From a virus, in IMG/VR virus record IMGVR_UViG_3300027850_000169, positions 27,697-91,696 of that record: a stretch of 64,000 nt of DNA; one strand, 5' to 3'. The position numbers and the translations under genes are program-made. Of this stretch, positions 37,991 through 47,925 are shown piece after piece (the stretch's first letter is position 1; each line of letters begins with the position of its first letter). The notes beneath the pieces were generated by a model. The model had not been told where the DNA came from, searched no databases, and worked only from the letters and a program-made list of their open reading frames with translations.

Positions 37991-38870
37991 ATTTGAAACG
38001 GTCACTAGCCAGCTAGAAAATAGAGCCGCAAATATATTAAACGAAGCGCTTGACTCTGCGTACAAAGAGATAGAAGCAGAACTCAGAAAGAAGTATCCAT
38101 CGTTGGCTAATTCTGGGTCTTTGATGGTTACCAAAGACTCAATACTGCGACTAGAAAAATTGAAAAGTGTTTTGCAACTTTTGAACCCCCAGTCTTCTCA
38201 AGAGTTGCAGGCTGAATTCCAAAAAATCTTACAATTAACAAATGAGGCTGGGGACACTTTAGCCACTCAGATAACACGAGCTAGAGCGGGTGAAGACTGG
38301 CAAGTTAAGCCAGGTGAAATCCCTATCGAAGCGGCTGGATTTGCGGCTGCTAATATGGTCGCACATCTCAATCGCTACTCTTCTGAGTTTGCTAGTCGGG
38401 CAACTGTTTTAGTTACTCAGGGCGTAATCCAAGGCTGGGGAACCGCCAAAGTTGCAAGCTTGCTTAGAAACGAACTTGGCATGAAAAAAGGTAGGGCCGA
38501 AGTAATCGCTCGAACAGAAGTGCTTAGCAGTTTTAATCAAGCCGTGGTAGCATCCTACGACAATTCAGGCATTGAGTATGTCCAAGTGATTGCCACAGGC
38601 GACTTGCGAACTTGCGGAACCTGTGTTGCTCGAAATTTAAAGGCATACCGAATTCGAGATGTCTCTGTACCGTTTCATCCGCGCTGTCGGTGTACCTTGA
38701 TGCCGTGGAGTCCCGATTGGAGTCAAAATGACTCGTGGATTAAGCGATTCAATGAAACTGTTCGGAATGAATTTACCGGAACGCTAAATAACGGGTTGAG
38801 CGCATTTGAGAAGATGAACGGCATTACCAGTCCGCCTGTTGCTGCATGGACTCCATCGGAATTAGACTAA
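37962..38870 (+). CDS. Minor head protein (Mu gpF / SPP1 gp7 family)
   Basis: RAE.IARTE, D.RTC..C, P.HPRCRC. Confidence 0.9.
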   Translation: MTTPQQFISRFETVTSQLENRAANILNEALDSAYKEIEAELRKKYPSLANSGSLMVTKDSILRLEKLKSVLQLLNPQSSQELQAEFQKILQLTNEAGDTLATQITRARAGEDWQVKPGEIPIEAAGFAAANMVAHLNRYSSEFASRATVLVTQGVIQGWGTAKVASLLRNELGMKKGRAEVIARTEVLSSFNQAVVASYDNSGIEYVQVIATGDLRTCGTCVARNLKAYRIRDVSVPFHPRCRCTLMPWSPDWSQNDSWIKRFNETVRNEFTGTLNNGLSAFEKMNGITSPPVAAWTPSELD

Positions 38871-38968
38871 TTTTATAATTACAACCTACTCGCAACTCGA
38901 TTTGTTTGAAAATTTCTGTTTTAATGAAAGTAGGTGTTTATATCACCTATTTTTTATTTTGTAAATGT

Positions 38969-39412
38969 ATGGCTTCGCCGTTTGAGTCGGTCGCTAACGC
39001 AAAATTATCGTTTCGTGTTCCATCTGCCGAGATGGCGCTTGATAATTATGGGAATCCAACACCCAAAATAACGTCTGTTGTAGTAATAGCCGTGCTTAAG
39101 TTGTCTCAAGACACGCGATTCCAGCGAACCCAAGAAGGAAGTCCGAACGCTATTTCCGGGGCGGCTCAGCTCATGGAAACGTGGAAAGGTTATCTTGTTG
39201 AGCCGTTGTTAATGCCTTCTGCAATCAAGCCAGGGATGCTAGCGGACGCAGAAATTGCCACAGGATTGCAAAACTCAAGTCTAGGAATCCCTGAATTATT
39301 AATTGAAAAAGGCGAGTTTCAACTGCTTCCAACGCCTCAAAGCCCGTATCTAATAGCAGCAGGTATTCAAGAAGTTACCCCCATTTCTGGAACATTTACG
39401 AGAATAAACTAA
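38969..39412 (+). CDS. Head-closure-like protein
   Basis: D.YGNP motif; position after the head genes. Confidence 0.5.
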   Translation: MASPFESVANAKLSFRVPSAEMALDNYGNPTPKITSVVVIAVLKLSQDTRFQRTQEGSPNAISGAAQLMETWKGYLVEPLLMPSAIKPGMLADAEIATGLQNSSLGIPELLIEKGEFQLLPTPQSPYLIAAGIQEVTPISGTFTRIN

Positions 39413-39816
39413 TGCAAGATTTACGACAAACGGCTAATAGAGTGCGAATGGCTCTCTATTTAGGAATTGAAATGTTTGATGAGGTTGTAATCGCTCTAGA
39501 AGTAGCCGAAAGTAAAAGCATATTTTTAATAGAAGAGGTTGAAAAAGATTTAACTCAATTAGAGAAACTTTCGACACAGCTAACTACTGAATTAAGCAGC
39601 CCTAACTCGGCACTTACCCAAGCAGATGTTTTGCGGTTTGCTGAAGGACAAAGAGCAAAAGGGATGATTATTCTGCAATACAACCTAATCCAAAAGTTGG
39701 CGAACACATTAGGGCTAAGACCAAACCTAGAAATTGTAGAAAATATTGCAGCAGCTATGGGCTTTGTTTTGGGGAATACTAATAATCTAATCTTTGGGCA
39801 AATTCAAAGAAGCTAA
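39412..39816 (+). CDS. Head-tail adaptor-like protein
   Basis: Helical; ADVL.F; C-terminal RS. Confidence 0.5.
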   Translation: MQDLRQTANRVRMALYLGIEMFDEVVIALEVAESKSIFLIEEVEKDLTQLEKLSTQLTTELSSPNSALTQADVLRFAEGQRAKGMIILQYNLIQKLANTLGLRPNLEIVENIAAAMGFVLGNTNNLIFGQIQRS

Positions 39817-40581
39817 ATGGCGATTACCTTTTACGACTACAAGACAAATCCGACAATTAAAATTCGCAATAAATTGGTAGAAGAAAATATCAATTTAGCT
39901 CGTTTTGTCGCACATAAAATTGCGTCAAGAGTGCCTATTCCTTACGAAGAATTAGAGCAAATTGCATCAATGGGATTGATTTTAGCGGTTGAGCGGTACG
40001 ACCCTACAATAGGTGCTAAATTTAGCACCTTTGCAATCCCCTTGATTACGGGACGGCTATTGAACTTCGTTAGAGACAGTTCTAATGTCATTCAATTGCC
40101 TCGAAAGTATCATGAAATACTTCAAAAAGGGAAGAGAATTCTCAGAGAATTAAGCGTATCTTTGGGGCGGACTCCCACTAAAAACGAGTTCTTTCAATCA
40201 CTTTTAAACCTTGGAGTTACTCAATCTGAGTTTTGCAAGGCTAAAAAAGCATATCAAGATTGTAGATACATATCCTGCTATGATACCGCAATCAGTGGTG
40301 TCTCAGATACGCTTAACTCGGAGGTTGAGCCAACTTATTCTTATAAATCGCGGGAATTGCAAGCTAACGAAACTCACATAGTAAATAGTAGGGAAAAGAA
40401 TGAGTTAATAGGTAAAATAAACAATATATTAAAAGTGGATATTGCCGATTTGAGCTATCAAGAAGCCGTAATCCGCTTGTACTTCTTTGAATATCTACCC
40501 GTCAATAAAATAATTGAATTGTTAGACCTGTCTAAAGTACAAGTATTTGAAGCTATAAAAGAGTGGTGTCGGTCTGTCTAG
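39817..40581 (+). CDS. Phage sigma70-family factor (SigF/FliA-like group 3)
   Basis: RNKLVE.N..LA, EL.Q....GLI.AVERYDP..G.KFSTFA, LGR.PT, region 4 HTH. Confidence 0.9.
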   Translation: MAITFYDYKTNPTIKIRNKLVEENINLARFVAHKIASRVPIPYEELEQIASMGLILAVERYDPTIGAKFSTFAIPLITGRLLNFVRDSSNVIQLPRKYHEILQKGKRILRELSVSLGRTPTKNEFFQSLLNLGVTQSEFCKAKKAYQDCRYISCYDTAISGVSDTLNSEVEPTYSYKSRELQANETHIVNSREKNELIGKINNILKVDIADLSYQEAVIRLYFFEYLPVNKIIELLDLSKVQVFEAIKEWCRSV

Positions 40582-40940
40582 GCTTTTAGTATCTGCTTGA
40601 ACGAATTGATATCTTTGGCTTTAAGAATACTTTTTGATTTTTCTTTTTTGTTCTGAATATTCGCCCAAGTTCTATGTTCTAACTCGCCCAAATCAAGAGA
40701 ATCATTGCTCAAGGTAGATTCTAATACACGTTTAAACTGGTCAACCTCAGATTCATTAAGCAATATATTAGCCAGTCGCCACGCCTTGCGAATAGTCTGC
40801 GGGTCTTCATTTCCAAAGTCCGCTAAGCTTGTGAAATCATTAGTGAAACTAGCTTTTAAAAATCGAATAGCCAATATTCCCGATTCCATTGTTTTAACTC
40901 TTGTAATATCCAATGCCTGTTTGATATCGAATAGGTTCAT
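40578..40940 (-). CDS. Hypothetical protein
   Basis: Overlaps the terminase 3' end. Confidence 0.5.
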   Translation of the reverse strand: MNLFDIKQALDITRVKTMESGILAIRFLKASFTNDFTSLADFGNEDPQTIRKAWRLANILLNESEVDQFKRVLESTLSNDSLDLGELEHRTWANIQNKKEKSKSILKAKDINSFKQILKA

Positions 40941-42303
40941 TTAGACAGAAATGTGCACCAGAAGCAGCATCGGTAATATCTTTGACTTTCCCATCAGGAA
41001 AATCGTGCATCCAGTTTAAAAATCTGTCATTCCACGAGGCTCGTAGAAGCTTGACTTTCCCCCTAAAAGTGTCAGTAGCCAAAGGCTTTGCACGTTTCAC
41101 CTTGTCTCCGAGTGGTCGGACACCTTCTGCATCAATGTCTGAGTGTAATCCCATTAGTAATTGTTTGATATGCTCCTCGTCGCGTTTTCCACTACTTCCC
41201 CCTTCCAACTCCCAACGGACTTTGCACCACAATCCGTCCTGTTGTGCGGTTGCTACCATTAGCTCGTCGCCGCCAACCGGCCCAACTTGTTCGGCGATAA
41301 CATCTACCACGTAATAAATATCGTCAACTAATCGCATTTTGACTCCGGCGGTATAGCAGGCGTTAGAACGAACGGCCGCCTCTGTTGCCGCCAAATCCCA
41401 AAACCTAACTTCTTCACCGCTGTAATCTAAACGCGGAACATCATCAACAATTTCAAACCAAGCGCGGTTAAATAGCTTACCCGACTCTTCCTTAACTTTC
41501 CAATTTCCGTAAAGTAGTCGAGCTTGGTCTACCGGATGCAAAGCCTGAAGATTTGCCAGATACTCCGGGTTCTGCTGCATCAAAATTTGATTGTCTTCGA
41601 TTTTAGCAGGGATGAAGGTAAAGCTTTTTGCCATTAAGCCAGGATATCTATTCTCAAGTTCATCTCTTGAGCTACCCCAAACAATCTCACCACTCTGCCG
41701 AACAAAGTAGCGAACGACTCCACTATGCTCTGTAATTGGGAACCCTTCGTCATCTAGCCACCAATCAATAAACCCTGCAATCCAAGAGTCGGCATCAGGG
41801 TTAGTTGTACAGCGAACATAGGGGCGGATTCCACAAGTTGAGCGGTTGCGACTGAACAGGTAAAAAATAGCCGACTCACTAAAATGGGTTAATTCATCTA
41901 TTAGCAAAAGCGGAATTTGACTACCTTGATACTTGTACTTAGCTTGCTCGTTTCCCAAATGTCCAAAGCCTATCTTTGCGCCACTAGAAAACAACCAATC
42001 AAGTGTACTTTTTTTGGGAGTCGCACCTAGCAGCGGATAGATATCTTCTGATGTATCCCAAAGCGCTCCTTCTTCGGTTATCTGAGCAAAACTTTGCCTG
42101 AACAAAACGGCTCCAAACTTTGGATTTCCTATATGACGCAAAGGTTCTAGCATTAAAGCGTAGCTTTTTCCTCCACCTGCCGCGCCACCGTAAATACAAA
42201 AATCTGCCGAGGTAGTTAAGAACGCTTCCTGTTGCCCTGACTGTGGCTTGAGTATTAAATCTGATGACTTGACGGGTAATTTCTTGTATTGTTTTACGGG
42301 CAT
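40894..42303 (-). CDS. terL: Terminase large subunit
   Basis: YGGAAGGGKS, LIDELTHF, TTNP, RFWDLAA, DK..RA, FP...D..DA. Confidence 0.95.
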   Translation of the reverse strand: MPVKQYKKLPVKSSDLILKPQSGQQEAFLTTSADFCIYGGAAGGGKSYALMLEPLRHIGNPKFGAVLFRQSFAQITEEGALWDTSEDIYPLLGATPKKSTLDWLFSSGAKIGFGHLGNEQAKYKYQGSQIPLLLIDELTHFSESAIFYLFSRNRSTCGIRPYVRCTTNPDADSWIAGFIDWWLDDEGFPITEHSGVVRYFVRQSGEIVWGSSRDELENRYPGLMAKSFTFIPAKIEDNQILMQQNPEYLANLQALHPVDQARLLYGNWKVKEESGKLFNRAWFEIVDDVPRLDYSGEEVRFWDLAATEAAVRSNACYTAGVKMRLVDDIYYVVDVIAEQVGPVGGDELMVATAQQDGLWCKVRWELEGGSSGKRDEEHIKQLLMGLHSDIDAEGVRPLGDKVKRAKPLATDTFRGKVKLLRASWNDRFLNWMHDFPDGKVKDITDAASGAHFCLNEPIRYQTGIGYYKS

Positions 42304-42311
42304 AGTCAGAC

Positions 42312-42749
42312 TTAATCTCGATTGTTTTCAGGAAGGTAAATAGACACAGTTTGTGGCCTATCTAAATTAATCTGTTGAGGAGCTTCTTCAGTCCTTTCTC
42401 TCATCCCGCAGCGAGTCTTCTCATACCAAATTATTGCCGTCATGTCACGGTCAACGGTTGCTTTTTCAAAAAGCACTTTAGCAACAGTTATCCTTGCTCT
42501 GGCTAAACCTTTGTCATAAGCTTCTTTAATAGTTGGGTTCCATTTTTTATTGCGGTATAAGGTTGATTCGGACACACCCAAAATCGCTGCCATATGCCCG
42601 ACAGGTAATCCGTAACCAGCCATTACGCCAATTGAGCGTAACTCTGCTTCTGTAAAGACTTTCTTGGGGCGGCCGCGAGAAGTTTCGGTTGGCTGCTCCT
42701 CCCCTGATTCTAAAGTTGATTCATCGTCAAAATCTACAGTCTCGGTCAT
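42312..42749 (-). CDS. terS: Terminase small subunit (HTH)
   Basis: GRP, MA.ILGVSESTLYR, TAIIW..KTR; upstream of terL. Confidence 0.8.
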   Translation of the reverse strand: MTETVDFDDESTLESGEEQPTETSRGRPKKVFTEAELRSIGVMAGYGLPVGHMAAILGVSESTLYRNKKWNPTIKEAYDKGLARARITVAKVLFEKATVDRDMTAIIWYEKTRCGMRERTEEAPQQINLDRPQTVSIYLPENNRD

Positions 42750-42924
42750 GGGGTTGCAATTGTTGATACTAAAATTAATGTCAACAATTAAAATATTATT
42801 TAGTTGTAGCTGTTTTCTATTGGTTTTCAAGTCTAATGCCGTTAAGAGTTAAAGGTTTTACTGGGTAAGCTGTCAACTCTCAACAATGACTATATTGTTA
42901 CAGGTCTATAGGGCACGGTTAACA

Positions 42925-43653
42925 ATGTTATTTAACGAGAAAACAGAAGAGAATTTACAGTGTGGGTTTAGTGGTACTCCTAAAGGTGGCTTTGGTGGCG
43001 GTGGAGGTAGTGCCGCAAGTAGCAAAAAAGCTAGTCCAGCGGCAGAATCCACTGGAACTCACGATGACATCCCCAATGTTCAAGAAGATGCACAGGGAGC
43101 GCGTCAAAAACTACAAGAGTTGACTGGACTTTCTGAGTCTGATGTCAGAGAAACAATGAAAGCCGTCATGGGTTATACGCAAGAAAGAAGTGCAGATATT
43201 AGAGACTTTCAATATGGCAGCACTAAAGATATGAGTCCCAAAGATATTGAAAGAGCCAAGCGTGAAGTTGAGGTACTCAACAAGTATATTGATAAAATGC
43301 CAAAATTCAAAGGCGACATATACAGAGGTAAAGATTTTGAAAGCCCAGAGAAGGCAGAAGCATTTTTAAACAAGCTGAAAACGTCCGACTATCAATTACC
43401 TGCCTTGTCTAGCTTTTCTAGCACGCCAAAAATCGCCGACAACTTTGCACGGTCACGAAGTAAAATGGGGATGAAAGGGAGAGTACCTATAGTTTTTGTT
43501 GTCGAAGGCAACAAAAGTGGTGCAAGTATTAGAAGCCTCTCAGAAAAGACGAAAGAAGACGAGGTTTTAGTGCCTAAAAATGTTAGATACAGGTTAAAAA
43601 AGGCGGCGTACCAAAAAGATGGAATTTGGTACGTTCCTTTAGCAGAATCCTAG
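42925..43653 (+). CDS. ADP-ribosyltransferase (R-S-E, VIP2/Alt-like) with N-terminal TEENLQCGFSGTPKGG leader
   Basis: IYRG, LSSFS, EDEVL. Confidence 0.85.
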   Translation: MLFNEKTEENLQCGFSGTPKGGFGGGGGSAASSKKASPAAESTGTHDDIPNVQEDAQGARQKLQELTGLSESDVRETMKAVMGYTQERSADIRDFQYGSTKDMSPKDIERAKREVEVLNKYIDKMPKFKGDIYRGKDFESPEKAEAFLNKLKTSDYQLPALSSFSSTPKIADNFARSRSKMGMKGRVPIVFVVEGNKSGASIRSLSEKTKEDEVLVPKNVRYRLKKAAYQKDGIWYVPLAES

Positions 43654-43656
43654 CAA

Positions 43657-43785
43657 CTATTTTTTCTTAGGTACTAGGTTGTCACGTCCTGGTTCGTCAA
43701 CAAATCGAGCAGCTCTTTTCTGGGCTTCTGTTTCACTTGTCTTTGGTTTCTTTCTCGCTGGCTTTGCTATTTTTTTAGTCGTCAT
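43657..43785 (-). CDS. 42-aa basic peptide convergent on the ART gene
   Basis: Manual translation MTTKKIAKPARKKPKTSETEAQKRAARFVDEPGRDNLVPKKK. Confidence 0.5.
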   Translation of the reverse strand: MTTKKIAKPARKKPKTSETEAQKRAARFVDEPGRDNLVPKKK

Positions 43786-43863
43786 ATTCTAAATTCCAAT
43801 GCGGTACAATTATTATCACCTAAATTAGTGATAGTATAGTTAATACAAACAAATTTAACAGCT

Positions 43864-45123
43864 ATGACTTTAGACGTTTATTGGGGAGGATTGTTTTATA
43901 ATTCGTGCGCGCCACTAGAGCTAAGTTTAAACTGGTGTACTCATAACTGCGCGTACTGTTTTGCAAATCTGAATCTACCAAACCGCAAAGTAGAAGCCAA
44001 ACAAATACTTAACTTTTTAACGAGTTACGAAAAACGCACAAGCTACGCGGCGTGGTTGTTACAGCGGGGTTATCCCGTAGTATTCTCCAGTCACGTCGAC
44101 CCATTTGCTGTTGCAAATGAAGATTTGAGCCTGAGCATTATTGAACTATTTGGACTCAAGGGAATTCCATTTATATTGCAAACCAAAGGCGGTCGGCGTG
44201 TTTATGACGCAATTGACATGATAGATACCCCGATAGTTTGGTATGTCAGTATTTCCACCTTGAACGAAGATATAGCTAAAAAAGTTGAACCGGGCGCGCC
44301 ACTAATTCACGAGCGACTGCGGATGATTGAAAAAGTTGTTGCCAAAGGTCATCAGGTGTGCGTAGGAATCAACCCTTGCGTCCCTGATTGGTTGCCCAAT
44401 CCTAGAGAAATGACAGATAGACTAAAAGATATAGGGGTATGGGGGGTAAACGTTAATCCAATGCACTTGAGTAGCACTCAGCTTAAAAATATGCCCGCCC
44501 GTGGGAAAACTGCGCTAGGAAAAGAAGTATTGCACCAAGCTCTTTACAGGAGTAAACACCCTGAAGTAACACAGCACTGTTTGACTACAAAAGACGCTGT
44601 AGTTCAATCGGGAATGGAAATAATAAGTAGTGGCCAAGGGACTCCCTCTCATTTTTTCAAACCTTATAAAGACTTGTACCCCATCAGGTTTCCACTGTAC
44701 CAAGATTTTGTTAATTTCTGCCACGAGACAAAAAAGGATGGAGACGCTATATATTATGAAGAATACTTGAGTTATTTTCTCCCTCAGCTTCCTGATATTG
44801 AACTCAAAACGTTAAATCAGCACGTTTACGCGACAACTTTAGGGGTAAGCTTGCACGGTAAAGGCCCCGACATCTATCAAAGTATTACAAACTACGAAAC
44901 GTTGCTTGAGAAAATTTGGCAGCACTATGAGATAAGTTTCTGTCCGGTACGTTTTGACTGTTTTTCTTGGGCAGCAGACTGGGAAATACAAGCAAATGGG
45001 GAAGAGGGATGGACTCAATATCTAGATGATAACGATAGACCTATATTGATTTTCAAGCCTAATTTCACCGAGGCTGAATGGTTTACTCAGTGGAGTCCAA
45101 CAGGTGACTCTAGTATTGTCTAG
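43864..45123 (+). CDS. Radical SAM enzyme (spore-photoproduct-lyase-like)
   Basis: CTHNCAYC (CxxxCxxC), DPF, LQTK, EPGAP....RL. Confidence 0.9.
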   Translation: MTLDVYWGGLFYNSCAPLELSLNWCTHNCAYCFANLNLPNRKVEAKQILNFLTSYEKRTSYAAWLLQRGYPVVFSSHVDPFAVANEDLSLSIIELFGLKGIPFILQTKGGRRVYDAIDMIDTPIVWYVSISTLNEDIAKKVEPGAPLIHERLRMIEKVVAKGHQVCVGINPCVPDWLPNPREMTDRLKDIGVWGVNVNPMHLSSTQLKNMPARGKTALGKEVLHQALYRSKHPEVTQHCLTTKDAVVQSGMEIISSGQGTPSHFFKPYKDLYPIRFPLYQDFVNFCHETKKDGDAIYYEEYLSYFLPQLPDIELKTLNQHVYATTLGVSLHGKGPDIYQSITNYETLLEKIWQHYEISFCPVRFDCFSWAADWEIQANGEEGWTQYLDDNDRPILIFKPNFTEAEWFTQWSPTGDSSIV

Positions 45124-45139
45124 AGGCAGGAGTAAGTCA

Positions 45140-45694
45140 ATGTTAAAATTCGACGAGCAAACAGAAGAAAATTTACAATGCGGGTTTAGTGGCACTCCTA
45201 AAGGCGGTTGGAGCGGCGGTGGTGGAGGCGGTGCGGCAAGTAGCAAAAAAGCTAGTGCCACCGCCGCAAAAGCTATTCAAAACAATCTAGTGCCCGCTAC
45301 ATCTCGTGGGGAACAGTTGCGAGCGAAGCTTGGTAATAATGCTGCGCTTGATAAACTTAATTCAAGGACTAGAGTTGCGGCAGGTTCTACGTCTTTAGAG
45401 CGAAATCTGGCCGCAAACGCTAACAAAAGAAACGTTGCAAAGACTTTATCTAGAGTGCGTGCAGTAGGTGCTGTACTTCGTGGAGAAATTGAAAGTAAAG
45501 CTACACAAAAGTCTATAGATAGACAAGCTAGGAAAAGAGGAACAGATTTAAACGTTAGTAGAAAGACGTTGTACGACCCTACTGGAAAAGATACGAATAG
45601 TTCATTTAAGAATGTTGTCACTGGCAGGTCTACAAAAGGGGGGGATTCCGAACAAAGACGAGCGGCTCAATCATCCAAAAGAAACAAAAGGTGA
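45140..45694 (+). CDS. Basic (Lys/Arg-rich) protein with the same N-terminal leader as the ART
   Basis: AGGAG RBS; MLKFDEQTEENLQCGFSGTPKGG... Confidence 0.8.
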   Translation: MLKFDEQTEENLQCGFSGTPKGGWSGGGGGGAASSKKASATAAKAIQNNLVPATSRGEQLRAKLGNNAALDKLNSRTRVAAGSTSLERNLAANANKRNVAKTLSRVRAVGAVLRGEIESKATQKSIDRQARKRGTDLNVSRKTLYDPTGKDTNSSFKNVVTGRSTKGGDSEQRRAAQSSKRNKR

Positions 45695-45758
45695 AAAGCG
45701 GTAAAAGCAAAAATATCCACGAAAAAGTAGAATTCTAGTAGTAAAAAACCTTTCACCA

Positions 45759-46418
45759 ATGAATCAAGAAACACTAGAAAATCCCATGCAATCCGTCGTA
45801 TTAGTTCCGCTAAGTGCGTTACACGAAGACCCCGCAAATGCCCGCCAAGGTAACGTTGAATCAATTGTTGATTCACTTAAAGAATTTGGCCAACATCGTC
45901 CTTGTGTAGTTCAAAAAAGTACCGGGCGAATCATTGCTGGCAATCATTTGTACAAAGCTGCGAAAGAGCTTGGATGGGAAAACATTGGAGTTTTTTACGT
46001 TGATGATGATGACAAAACAGCACTCCGACGCGGTATAGCTGATAATGCCACAGGCGACCAAGCGAGTTGGGATATTGAAACTTTAGCGGCGTTGATTCAA
46101 GAAGCTGGGGACAATATTCCTGGTGTTGACGATTTTTTACTTGATGAAATTGACGCGCTACTTGCAGACCCGGCAGAACCGGAGTTACCAGAGTCGAAAC
46201 CAGTCTATCCAATCGTTCCAAGGATGGCGGAGAGGTACGATTGCATAGTCATTGCTTCAACGAATGAGATGGATTACGCTTTCTTAAAAACCGTACTAAA
46301 ACTTGAAACCAACAAAAGTTTTAAAGGTAATCACGTTGGGCAAACACACATTATCAAAGCTGAAAAGTTTTGCCAATTGTGGAGAGCTAATAGTAAGCAG
46401 TTAAAAGGTGACGTTTAA
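45759..46418 (+). CDS. ParB/Srx-like N-terminal domain protein
   Basis: P.NAR, SL.EFGQ..P.VV, IIAGNH...AA..LG, IADN. Confidence 0.85.
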   Translation: MNQETLENPMQSVVLVPLSALHEDPANARQGNVESIVDSLKEFGQHRPCVVQKSTGRIIAGNHLYKAAKELGWENIGVFYVDDDDKTALRRGIADNATGDQASWDIETLAALIQEAGDNIPGVDDFLLDEIDALLADPAEPELPESKPVYPIVPRMAERYDCIVIASTNEMDYAFLKTVLKLETNKSFKGNHVGQTHIIKAEKFCQLWRANSKQLKGDV

Positions 46419-47104
46419 TGAGCCTTAAAATCATTATTCCCAGTAAAAACAAAGCATCGAGCGTTATCGCTCACAAGCTAGTTGAAGGTGGAACTTTGTG
46501 CGTTCCAGAATCTCAAGTTAGTGACTACCAAAGGTATAATTCAAACGTAGAAATCATTGGGTATCCTGACAGTATTGAGACTTTCGCTACTCGGAATAAA
46601 TGGATATTGGATAAATTTAATCACGTTTTTTTTATAAGTGACAATATTATCAATTGTTTAAAGCTGTGTGGAGTTAAGAGTGAATCAACAAAAGTAGAGC
46701 CAGAAAAGGTAACAGAGTTAATTTACAATGCTGATGATATCGCAACTCAACTAGGTACATATTTATTCGGATTTAGTGCTAATTGTGTTGCCGCCAGCTA
46801 CCACGGATTAAAGCCTTTTCGCAGCAGTGGAAGTATTGATGGCTATGCCTTTGGAGTGCGCTCAGGCTCGAAACTATTTTGGAACGACAACATCACTGAA
46901 GACTTGAATCAAATATGGCTGTCAGGGTTAAATGCACACTTTCATCGTTCTACATTTGTTGACGAGCGCTTTGGATTTAAGAAAGCTCAAACTTACGCGC
47001 ATATAGAAGGTAAAAAAACTAACGACTCTGAATTGCTCAAACATTATTTCGGTAACGCCGTCACTCAAAAGAAAGATAGGTTAGAGTTTGATTCACGATT
47101 TTAA
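46418..47104 (+). CDS. GT-A glycosyltransferase-like (TET/JBP-associated, GREB1-like)
   Basis: IIIPS, VPESQ...Y, RN.WILD, acidic motif degenerate (ISDN), ED. Confidence 0.65.
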   Translation: MSLKIIIPSKNKASSVIAHKLVEGGTLCVPESQVSDYQRYNSNVEIIGYPDSIETFATRNKWILDKFNHVFFISDNIINCLKLCGVKSESTKVEPEKVTELIYNADDIATQLGTYLFGFSANCVAASYHGLKPFRSSGSIDGYAFGVRSGSKLFWNDNITEDLNQIWLSGLNAHFHRSTFVDERFGFKKAQTYAHIEGKKTNDSELLKHYFGNAVTQKKDRLEFDSRF

Positions 47105-47524
47105 TTAAGTCTCCAAATCGGTTAATTGTTTTGCAACTTCCTCCAGTCTGCAAATTGTTATTACTTCCGGCGTGTTAACTCCAATATACTTCTTTTTAGG
47201 GCTTTTCCCACCCATTTTTCGATAGCCGTACCAATACCACAGAGCATTCTGTGGTTGCCTTCTAGCGGTAAAAGGTTTGCACCCTAGAGAAGACACGAAC
47301 CGAAAAGATGGAACCGATTGCAGCCAGTCCCTACCCTGTTCTGAGTCTAATTGAAAAATTGTTCCGTCTGGTAGCGTGACCGCACCCGCTGAGACTATGG
47401 CGATGGTTTGTTGCATAGTCCGTCCCCTTGAGTCGCGAGTAAAGGTTACGCCTGACTCTTGCGACTGCGAGGATTCTTTTTGCTGAAGTGACATTTTACT
47501 GATTTCCGTGTTTTCGTGTACCAT
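47105..47524 (-). CDS. Putative DNA-binding protein
   Basis: WL....SFRF, FTAR, YWYGYRK.GGK..KKYIG; start uncertain. Confidence 0.55.
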   Translation of the reverse strand: MVHENTEISKMSLQQKESSQSQESGVTFTRDSRGRTMQQTIAIVSAGAVTLPDGTIFQLDSEQGRDWLQSVPSFRFVSSLGCKPFTARRQPQNALWYWYGYRKMGGKSPKKKYIGVNTPEVITICRLEEVAKQLTDLET

Positions 47525-47834
47525 CTCTAGGCTACCACGCTGACCGGATTTTGGGAAGCCCCGATTTTGATGTGTCAGCATATTTAGTGAATCACACCCA
47601 CGCCCGCGAATATACGCTACCGTCACGCTATCTGTCAACCCCCTTGTGCCAGTTTCCTTGTAATCGTTACACCGCATACTTTTCAAGTCCTTGTGACAGT
47701 TTCTTTGCAAAAACGCTTGACACATCCCAAAATCTGTGGGATAGTAGTTTTAGTTGAAAAAACGAACCGCCAACAACCGCCTCACTACCGTTACTGTCCA
47801 CAACCGTTGCCCAGCATACGTCTCAAGCCTTCTC

Positions 47835-47895
47835 AAAAATACTTTTGAAAAACGCTTGACAAATCTCGGACAGTAGCCTATAGTAGTTACATAGC
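47835..47895 (+). promoter_or_regulatory. Repeated early promoter, copy 4 (a diverged copy lies at 47717)
   Basis: TTGACA(47856)-aatctcggacagtagcc-TATAGT. Confidence 0.8.
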
Positions 47896-47925
47896 CGAAA
47901 ACGAAACGAACCTTGAAAATCGAAT

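Noticed and set aside
42946-42966. EENLQ/CG resembles a TEV protease site (ENLYFQ/G)
   Set aside because: The spacing differs and no such protease is present; treated as coincidence
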